IMG/VR virus record: IMGVR_UViG_3300026159_000398
DNA: 64,000 nt
Reading direction: 5' to 3' (one strand)
From: a virus
Taxonomy: Duplodnaviria > Caudoviricetes
How positions within the stretch are numbered: the first letter of the stretch is position 1; the number at the start of each line of letters is the position of its first letter. The notes under the pieces were generated by a model, which saw nothing but the letters and a program-made list of their open reading frames with translations, was not told the origin of the DNA and ran no database searches. Made by a program: the position numbers and the translations under genes. Shown here in pieces: positions 8,799-16,260 of this stretch.

Positions 8799-9602
8799 TT
8801 ACACGATATCGTCTTTTCTGTTAGATGGCATTAAACATGAAATGCCAATTGATTGTTTGATGACTCTTTCGATTCTTTCATCAATTTCCATTGCTTTAAG
8901 ATTAGTTTCAATCGCGACATCCCTTGCATTAGCAAAAATGTCTTCAAATATATCTTTTATTTTATGATCAACATCATGGAAGGTATTTTTAAGTTCATCC
9001 AATGAAATAAAAGAATCATAAAAATAATTATCTGAAATGTATTCCAGAAATTGAGAAACAATATAATTAAATTTTTCGTCGCAATAATCATCAAATTCAC
9101 GTTCGTTCATTCTTTCGAATCCATTATCTATGAACGCTGAACGTAAAGTTGTTCTTATGTTATTTTGAACATCCTTCAATATCAATCTATATATCTGGAC
9201 ACTTTTATCATCTGGTAAACTATCACCTTTCTTCTTGTTGTAAAGATCAATGTAGTTTTTTAATAACATTGAACGAATTTGTTCAACTTTTTGGTCAGCA
9301 TAATTCATCTGACTTTTTGTTTTTGCTTTCTCTATTAAATGGAATCTCTCATTTGTCAATCGTACCACTTCATTCATCATTATCAAAACGTCCTTGACGT
9401 TTGGACATTCTGAGTGAGGGTTAATTGATGTCTTTTTTTTACCCTTAGAAGAACCAATATGAACTCCATAACCGTCTTTTCCTTTTGTGAAAGAAATTCC
9501 CTTGCGCATTGCAAGAATCGCTACCACCAGTACGCACACAAGAAATAGTACTACGAAAAAGACCTGAAAAGGAATTGCTAATGTTGATAACCAGGTGAAC
9601 AT
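8799..9602 (-). CDS. Membrane-anchored hypothetical protein
   Basis: N-terminal hydrophobic helix (residues about 8-31) followed by a helical soluble domain. Confidence 0.7.
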   Translation of the reverse strand: MFTWLSTLAIPFQVFFVVLFLVCVLVVAILAMRKGISFTKGKDGYGVHIGSSKGKKKTSINPHSECPNVKDVLIMMNEVVRLTNERFHLIEKAKTKSQMNYADQKVEQIRSMLLKNYIDLYNKKKGDSLPDDKSVQIYRLILKDVQNNIRTTLRSAFIDNGFERMNEREFDDYCDEKFNYIVSQFLEYISDNYFYDSFISLDELKNTFHDVDHKIKDIFEDIFANARDVAIETNLKAMEIDERIERVIKQSIGISCLMPSNRKDDIV

Positions 9603-9652
9603 AAATATATATTAAATGTCACCCGCAACATGGTTCAATTTTTTTTAATAAA

Positions 9653-9901
9653 TTATTTTGGACGCGGTTGCGCCATGTGCGCCACCGACATCATCGTGGA
9701 TATCATTTCCACTGGCGTGACGTTGCGTGTGATGACGCCGTTGTGTATTTTGCCAACAATATAAAAATCATTCAAGAATTCTTGATTAAATGGAATAATT
9801 CGTTCCACAATAATAGATACCTTTATCTCTGATTTTCCATCTTTAAGTTTCTCAAGAAGCTCATCACATGACTCTTGAACCATAGTCTGAAGTTCATTCA
9901 T
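9653..9901 (-). CDS. Hypothetical protein, last gene of the coupled rSAM-YcaO block
   Basis: ATGA overlap with the ycaO stop; GGAG RBS. Confidence 0.65.
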   Translation of the reverse strand: MNELQTMVQESCDELLEKLKDGKSEIKVSIIVERIIPFNQEFLNDFYIVGKIHNGVITRNVTPVEMISTMMSVAHMAQPRPK

Positions 9902-11229
9902 ATTTGTTCTCCAATTTCAATTCCAATTTTACTAAAATATTTATACCAACCATCAAGAGCCTCAAAACTTTCAATGGAATATGTCAACCAATCTTGTGTG
10001 TTTTTAGGGTCACCAACAAGATTAAATTGCATATGTGCCAATTCACTTATTCCTGGAATAATTATTCTTACTGTTGGAATTCCAATAAATGGTTGAGTAG
10101 CATCAATAACAATTAAATCAGTATTTAATTTTTGACATGAATTTACTAGAGATTGTATAAAACTATCAGTAGTTTTTTCAGGTGCTTTATACCCTTTAGA
10201 CATGGCCATAAATCTCTGAATATCTGTTAAATCACCCATGAAGCATTGGAAATTTGAACTCCAAAGATCTTTAGTTTTGCGCCATTCTTCACGAGGCAAC
10301 ACTCTATGATTTTGCATATCTACAACGTGGTTTTCCCAACCTTGAAAATATTCTGTAATACATCTCGTTGCCGCGATATTCATATTTGGAGATGCACCAA
10401 AAACAATTTGTCTTCTGCTAACTCGTGTTTCAGGTTCACGAATAGCTTCAAAAATACCAGCAATTACTGGAATAGTACCATTATCGGAATAATCTTTTAA
10501 AGTAACTTTTATTCCTTCTTTTTCAACATTCTCAATAAGTTGCTGAACAAAACTATCAAGACATCTCTTATCAAGTGTTGGAACTTCAATATTGCCAGCT
10601 AAAAGATTTCTTACAGCATAACGTTCAAAACATTCGCTGGCACCTTGAATAATAGCATCTTCAATATTTATGCCAGCAGAAAGTCCACTTGAACCGTTAA
10701 TAATAGACACCAATTGATACGGAACCATGACTTCTTCATTGGTCACAAGAGAAAAACCCTTTATCCAATGTTTAGCAACATTGGTGTTCTTTATTCTTTC
10801 TATATCGTCGTATGAATGTTGAATTTTTGAAAAAATAGATTCAACCGTTACTGGATTTCTTACTTCACTTTGATGCCCATAAAAATAAGCAGTCTGAAGA
10901 TGTTTTCCTCGTGAAGCGGCATGAAGCAGGAATGGAGTTAAATGCGTGGCGCGCATCGTGGTTCCAATTGATGTCTGAAGTCGTTCACATGCTTCTCCCA
11001 TAGCAGAAGCCAATGAAGATTCTGGTGTCGTTCCTTTGCCATTAACACCCATTCCCATTGATGGAAATTTAATAGAACAATAATACGTAGGAACATTTTG
11101 ATAACGAACAGGTTGCACTATCGTATAATCAATGCCAGATTTATCAAGTGCATCCTTCAAAATTATCAATGATTCTTCAATACCAACACTCTTATCAAAT
11201 TCATTCAACACTCTATTCACTAATTTCAT
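9898..11229 (-). CDS. ycaO: YcaO-family ATP-dependent amide-activating enzyme (stand-alone)
   Basis: NGKGTTPESSLASAMGEACER, SSGLSAG..EDAIIQGASECFER, RCITEYFQ and VRIIIPG are the YcaO ATP-binding motifs. Confidence 0.88.
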   Translation of the reverse strand: MKLVNRVLNEFDKSVGIEESLIILKDALDKSGIDYTIVQPVRYQNVPTYYCSIKFPSMGMGVNGKGTTPESSLASAMGEACERLQTSIGTTMRATHLTPFLLHAASRGKHLQTAYFYGHQSEVRNPVTVESIFSKIQHSYDDIERIKNTNVAKHWIKGFSLVTNEEVMVPYQLVSIINGSSGLSAGINIEDAIIQGASECFERYAVRNLLAGNIEVPTLDKRCLDSFVQQLIENVEKEGIKVTLKDYSDNGTIPVIAGIFEAIREPETRVSRRQIVFGASPNMNIAATRCITEYFQGWENHVVDMQNHRVLPREEWRKTKDLWSSNFQCFMGDLTDIQRFMAMSKGYKAPEKTTDSFIQSLVNSCQKLNTDLIVIDATQPFIGIPTVRIIIPGISELAHMQFNLVGDPKNTQDWLTYSIESFEALDGWYKYFSKIGIEIGEQI

Positions 11230-11648
11230 TCAATATCCCACCCATTTTCTACAGGCAAATTGCCATTTATTTTTAAACATTCGATAATATATCTTTCAAT
11301 ATTTGAATCAACAGATTTGCAATTAGAATAAAACTTCTTATTTGGAACTTCTATTTTAGGAAGTTTTTCTTGAACACGCATCCATGTTGTTGGGTCATTG
11401 ATATTAAACAAAGAATCGTTTTTCATTAAATTTTCTACATTCTCTTTTGTATAAGCGAATGAAGGGTCAATCACGAAACTTAATGAATCATCAAGACGGA
11501 CTTCCATCAAATCGGTTTTTATTGTCTTATTATCATGGTACGTATGTGTCAAATACACTTTTACGTACTGAAGCGCATGATCAACCTCAAAACGAGTTAT
11601 TGAATATTCATCAATATTATTGGTGTTTGTTTTCTTTACGTATTTCAT
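11226..11648 (-). CDS. Hypothetical protein in the rSAM-YcaO operon
   Basis: Its stop overlaps the ycaO ATG (ATGA); it starts 13 nt from the end of the Cys-rich gene. Confidence 0.7.
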   Translation of the reverse strand: MKYVKKTNTNNIDEYSITRFEVDHALQYVKVYLTHTYHDNKTIKTDLMEVRLDDSLSFVIDPSFAYTKENVENLMKNDSLFNINDPTTWMRVQEKLPKIEVPNKKFYSNCKSVDSNIERYIIECLKINGNLPVENGWDIE

Positions 11649-11660
11649 AAAATTTTCCTT

Positions 11661-12422
11661 TTAATAAGTTGAACCATGACATAAAACACAATTTATTGCA
11701 TATGAATAACAAGTGGTATTGCATGAACACGAGTGACCATGGCAAGTCGCCGCATCGCATGTTGTACATAATTCTGCTTGACAATGGCATATACCGTTGC
11801 AAGTACAAGTAATAGAGTAACAAGTATTGTTGCAACCACAAAAAGCAGTATAAGTATAAACACCGGCATTATGCCCAGTATTATAACATCCACAACGCCA
11901 ACCATATGTAGTATTATTACATGTGCATGTTTCAGTGTAACATGAGTTATAACAAGTGCAGTTATCACCAGTTGTGCAACTGTCTGCTGAAGTGTGGCAA
12001 TGCGTACACGTTGGCGCCGTATCTCCAGTGTGGCAAGCCCAACATTGTGCTTCAAGACTCAATAAATTGGTGCGAACTTCATTAGCAACACCGTATGCCA
12101 ATTTAGAATCATATTGTGTTACTGATGTCCATGAGAAATTTCCGCCAGTTCCAAGATACGTGTCTTTATAATTGTCTAGTGTGGTTCGAATGCTGTCCAA
12201 CAATGATTTAAGAACAACAGCATATTGTTTATCTGTAGTGCTTTCACCATAATTGCTTCCATACACATAACTAATTTTTTTATCAGCATGCATAGAAGCA
12301 TTATTATATTTCGTCCAATATGCTTTTATTCTATTGATGACACCTTGAACCCAATCGGCACCAACATAAGAATTATATTGTGAAACAGTATTTACTGTTG
12401 TATTGGCAGGGCAATCGCTCAT
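11661..12422 (-). CDS. Cys-rich protein, probable substrate of the rSAM/YcaO enzymes
   Basis: 27 Cys in the last ~127 aa, with repeating CxC(Y/N)xx(C/T)(Y/H) units; TAATG overlap with the rSAM stop. Confidence 0.8.
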   Translation of the reverse strand: MSDCPANTTVNTVSQYNSYVGADWVQGVINRIKAYWTKYNNASMHADKKISYVYGSNYGESTTDKQYAVVLKSLLDSIRTTLDNYKDTYLGTGGNFSWTSVTQYDSKLAYGVANEVRTNLLSLEAQCWACHTGDTAPTCTHCHTSADSCTTGDNCTCYNSCYTETCTCNNTTYGWRCGCYNTGHNAGVYTYTAFCGCNNTCYSITCTCNGICHCQAELCTTCDAATCHGHSCSCNTTCYSYAINCVLCHGSTY

Positions 12423-14059
12423 TATTTATTTTCCCAATATAAGAAGAACATTTCAGCTAAAGATTTTTTCTGCGAATCTTCAAGCTTAATCGTACTCAAT
12501 AATTGATCACGATTAAACGCACCCATATTGCAAATACACGCTTTCATATCTTGTGCATTGGTAATGTTTTTCATTTCTTGATCAACCATTGCTCTAATCA
12601 TCATCATCAATGACAATTGATCTTTCATTTCATCAGTAGCAAGACTGCCATAGAGTTGTCTTCTGACGATATCGTCAATCAAATCAGGAATGCTGGCGTA
12701 ATTAGACATATTACATGCACAATTCATAGCGGCGCCATCGCCATTAAAGGTGGAATAAAATCCTTTAACTCCTAACATACCACTATAATGATAAAGAACA
12801 CCAAATTTTATTGCATTCATAATTTCATAAAAAGCCAATTCATAAAGCAACATTTTAATTTTGCATATTTTTCCATCAATTGTGCCAGTCAATACTCCAT
12901 CATTATCATATTTAACTGCGTAACAACCACCAAGACATAACATTTCAATTGGACAATCTTTACAATGCATGAGTGGTGATTGAGCTCCAAGAAAAGTAGG
13001 AGTCTTAAGATCGTTTAATTCATAATACAATTCTTCATTGGTTATATTTTCAAAGATACTGCCAAGACAGAATTTCTTTTCGTGCCATTCGACATCAAGC
13101 GTATTGTGTTTGTTTGTTCTGTGACAAATATAAATGGCGCCTTCAACACTCACACCCATAAAATTACTGCCAGCTCCACAAGCTCTTCCACTTGGATTAT
13201 TTGGAGTAGGTTTACCTAAAATGCCCCTTTGTAAAACAAAACGACCATTGTCGTCAAGAAACTTAGAACCCAAGAAACGTTCCTTTTTTGCCAATAGTTG
13301 TATACGAAAATCTGCCAATTGCTCCAATTCTTTTTTATAATCTTGAAGATCTTGATCGGTCCAATCGGCATCATAATTTTCAGAAAAGAATATGCTGTCA
13401 AACCCCATCTCATAAAAGGTCTTAATGTTCTCAAACATTCCAATGATATTGCCTGGTGTTGGAGTCATTCGTATGCCAGGAAGGTGCTTGTTAAAATTTT
13501 TATACATTTTAACAACATCTTGCAGTCTCTTTTCAATTATAGGCCATGAAGAACTTCCATCAGGAAAAATACGTTCGCTGTTACGTTCTCCAATACCATC
13601 AATAGATAAAAGAAAATGTATATCTCGTGGAAGCAGCCATGCTAATTTATCTTCATTAAGTAATGTTACGTTGGTTGTTCCACCAAAACGAAATTTCTTT
13701 CCAACTTTATTTGCTTCTTCATCAGCATAAACAACTAATTGTTGAAGCAATTCAAACTTCATTAGTGGTTCACCACCCCAAAAATCAATTACAAGATGTG
13801 AATTCATAGCTTCTAAATCTTTTGGTGCTGGCCCAGATACATCATCACGCAAAAACCAATCAATGACCTGTTTGCCAGTTTCGAATGTTAAATCTTTTGA
13901 GGTGTCTTCTGTTTTGCAGGTATTCTGGTCGAATCCATGGTCGGCAAAACAATATTTGCAACGTAGTGTGCAACGTTCTGTGAGGTCTAAAGAAATAGTT
14001 TGAATTGGAGTTCCCAATTCAACTGGTGATTTGCCTTGTTTTAATTGCTGTGGTTTCAT
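12422..14059 (-). CDS. Radical SAM/SPASM-domain maturase
   Basis: CTLRCKYC (CX3CX2C), DFWGGEPL and LSIDG, plus SPASM motifs CGAG...ICHR and CKDCPIEMLCLGGC...C. Confidence 0.92.
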   Translation of the reverse strand: MKPQQLKQGKSPVELGTPIQTISLDLTERCTLRCKYCFADHGFDQNTCKTEDTSKDLTFETGKQVIDWFLRDDVSGPAPKDLEAMNSHLVIDFWGGEPLMKFELLQQLVVYADEEANKVGKKFRFGGTTNVTLLNEDKLAWLLPRDIHFLLSIDGIGERNSERIFPDGSSSWPIIEKRLQDVVKMYKNFNKHLPGIRMTPTPGNIIGMFENIKTFYEMGFDSIFFSENYDADWTDQDLQDYKKELEQLADFRIQLLAKKERFLGSKFLDDNGRFVLQRGILGKPTPNNPSGRACGAGSNFMGVSVEGAIYICHRTNKHNTLDVEWHEKKFCLGSIFENITNEELYYELNDLKTPTFLGAQSPLMHCKDCPIEMLCLGGCYAVKYDNDGVLTGTIDGKICKIKMLLYELAFYEIMNAIKFGVLYHYSGMLGVKGFYSTFNGDGAAMNCACNMSNYASIPDLIDDIVRRQLYGSLATDEMKDQLSLMMMIRAMVDQEMKNITNAQDMKACICNMGAFNRDQLLSTIKLEDSQKKSLAEMFFLYWENK

Positions 14060-14083
14060 ACTTACTCCTAATATTACTTAGGT

Positions 14084-14093
14084 AATTATATTA
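14084..14093 (-). promoter_or_regulatory. TAATATAATT candidate promoter for the rSAM-YcaO operon
   Basis: Exact motif 25 nt upstream of the rSAM ATG, followed by a TAGGAG RBS. Confidence 0.55.
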
Positions 14094-14096
14094 TGT

Positions 14097-14864
14097 TTAT
14101 ACGAAAATTTTGAGATGATGTTCATGCTTCTCAATGATGACACCAATCAATTTGCTATATTCAATTTCATGTTGGAACATCTCAATACTATCTTTTAAAA
14201 TTCCATCACGAGTAAAATACAATCTTCTGCCTACATGGAATTTTTTGGTATCTTGAACATTGACATCCAATTGACCTTTCATACCAACAAATACTGGATG
14301 CTTGTATTTCTTATTGACTCCAACAATAAAGCCAGGATTCTTCGATACGACGCCTACAAACGCATCAGCAACTCCTTGCCATGCGGTTACTCTAAATGAA
14401 TGATGCATGATATCTACGAATGCCAGATCACCAGGTTTTAATGTGCCATCAGATGGAACTTGTTCAGCAATATCATTCCAAATAGCATTAAAGACGCGGC
14501 CAGAAATAAAGTTAGTTGAAGAGTTTATTGTACTAAAAGTTGATGGAATACCAGTTGAAGTGCCATATTCAAATAGACCCATAATATGGCTAGAAGAGTC
14601 TTGAATAGAAAGTTGTGGAGCTGTTCCACTTCCTTTGATAACACCGGTTGATAATAATAAATCTGAAGTAATAGGGCTGATGAATAATTCAGCACGAGTT
14701 ACGTACTTCTTTCTATTACTATCAGCACTATCTTCGATAAGAATATAATCAGCATCAATTGGTGTTGCTTTATGCGAAAGCGCAACAAATTCTCCTAGTG
14801 CTCCTTTTTGAAAGAAGACGCTAGGGTCGACTGTTGTGAAGAGTATGGCACTGGTATTTTCCAT
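14097..14864 (-). CDS. Short tail-fibre-type protein with a C-terminal intramolecular-chaperone-like domain
   Basis: FNAIWNDIAE...PGD...VGVVSKNPGF...VGMKGQL matches a common fibre C-terminal chaperone pattern. The N-terminal IEDSADS module is shared with the long fibre. Confidence 0.6.
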   Translation of the reverse strand: MENTSAILFTTVDPSVFFQKGALGEFVALSHKATPIDADYILIEDSADSNRKKYVTRAELFISPITSDLLLSTGVIKGSGTAPQLSIQDSSSHIMGLFEYGTSTGIPSTFSTINSSTNFISGRVFNAIWNDIAEQVPSDGTLKPGDLAFVDIMHHSFRVTAWQGVADAFVGVVSKNPGFIVGVNKKYKHPVFVGMKGQLDVNVQDTKKFHVGRRLYFTRDGILKDSIEMFQHEIEYSKLIGVIIEKHEHHLKIFV

Positions 14865-14867
14865 AAA

Positions 14868-16220
14868 TTATTTTTGTTTATTAAGCTCTTGTAAGAACGC
14901 TTTTAAATTTCCGATATACTGTTTTTGTCCAACATGACCAGTAGTCATTGACGAATCTACGTATATCTTTCCACCCAAGTCTCTCCATTTCTTGCAGAAC
15001 ATAATGTCCTCGCTGTATAATTCTCCATCAACGACTCCAATATTGAAGATCATCTTTGATGGAACAGGCTTTTGCGATTCTTTATAGTCTTCTGAACTCT
15101 CATATAGTTTTACAATTGCTTCACGCGAAATACACATGAGACCTGTGCCAACTCCTTCGACTTCAATAATATCAGTCTCGAATTTCGTCTGCGTGGTCTT
15201 CACATTGAATGCAATCTCATCGTTCTTCTTGCGACATGGAGCTGCAATAATTTCTTTTTTTGCGTCAAGTAACTTAAAGATATCTTCAGGATTCCAAAGA
15301 ATATCACTATCAATAAATATCAAATAGTCTGCTTTGGCATCGTAAGCCATCTTGAAAAGATCATTACGCGCTCTTTGGATTAAAGCATCACCACAAAGGA
15401 ATATATGTTGGACTGCAATTCCTTTTTGCGCACCGAGTTGCTTAGTGTTAATCAAACAATCGACGTAATTCGCATGAAGATGCCAATCATGACTTGGAGT
15501 ACCAATAACAACCGTAGTTGATGGCATTCCAAGAATACTCTTAAAAATCTTTTCTTCTTCTTGCAATATACCCTTGTCATACAACTTCAATTCATTAACT
15601 GTTGTAGACTTGGCGTGATAAATAGTCTTATTAGTTATAAAGCCAATAGCGTGCTTTTGATCAAGAATACTTTTATAGATTAAATTATCACCAAAGAAAT
15701 ATTTCAGTTCTTTTGGAATTGGCTTATATTGTTCTTTACGGCCGAACATAAACCATCCTTGGAAATTAAGCACTCCATTTTTATCTGGTTGTCTTGTCCA
15801 TTCAGGCTTCGCTGAATTCTTGACATTAAAATAACCAGAAGCGTCTTCTTTTATAATGTCTTCGGTTTTAACGGTAACCAAATCAACATCATGAGCTGCA
15901 TCTGAATCAAGAACTTTAATGCATGAATCTATGATTGATGGCTCAATAACGATATCATCATTCAAAAGAAGATAATATTCAGTACCACAAATCTCAATGC
16001 CTCTATTCCATGATGGATTTATAAAGAAGTTAGAGTCATTGAAGTAATGAATCTTGTCATTCATCATCCATTCTGGTATTGATTTGTCATCACACTCAGT
16101 ATTGTCAAAGATAAAAATCTCTTCAACATTCTCGTCATCGATACACTTCTGAAGCGTATCTTTTAGAATCTCCACGCTCTTTAAGAGTGTAGGAATTATT
16201 ACAGTTACTCGTCCGCTCAT
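14868..16220 (-). CDS. Two-domain GT-A (GT2-like) glycosyltransferase
   Basis: Domain 1 has VIIPTL, SWNRGI, LLNDD and FFGDN. Domain 2 has ARNDLF, FIDSD, GTGLMCISR and SEDIMFC. Confidence 0.85.
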   Translation of the reverse strand: MSGRVTVIIPTLLKSVEILKDTLQKCIDDENVEEIFIFDNTECDDKSIPEWMMNDKIHYFNDSNFFINPSWNRGIEICGTEYYLLLNDDIVIEPSIIDSCIKVLDSDAAHDVDLVTVKTEDIIKEDASGYFNVKNSAKPEWTRQPDKNGVLNFQGWFMFGRKEQYKPIPKELKYFFGDNLIYKSILDQKHAIGFITNKTIYHAKSTTVNELKLYDKGILQEEEKIFKSILGMPSTTVVIGTPSHDWHLHANYVDCLINTKQLGAQKGIAVQHIFLCGDALIQRARNDLFKMAYDAKADYLIFIDSDILWNPEDIFKLLDAKKEIIAAPCRKKNDEIAFNVKTTQTKFETDIIEVEGVGTGLMCISREAIVKLYESSEDYKESQKPVPSKMIFNIGVVDGELYSEDIMFCKKWRDLGGKIYVDSSMTTGHVGQKQYIGNLKAFLQELNKQK

Positions 16221-16250
16221 TTACATTCTCCAATAAATTGATATTTAAAG

Positions 16251-16260
16251 AATTATATTA
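16251..16260 (-). promoter_or_regulatory. TAATATAATT candidate phage promoter
   Basis: Exact motif overlapping the fibre stop codon, about 30 nt upstream of the glycosyltransferase. Confidence 0.5.
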
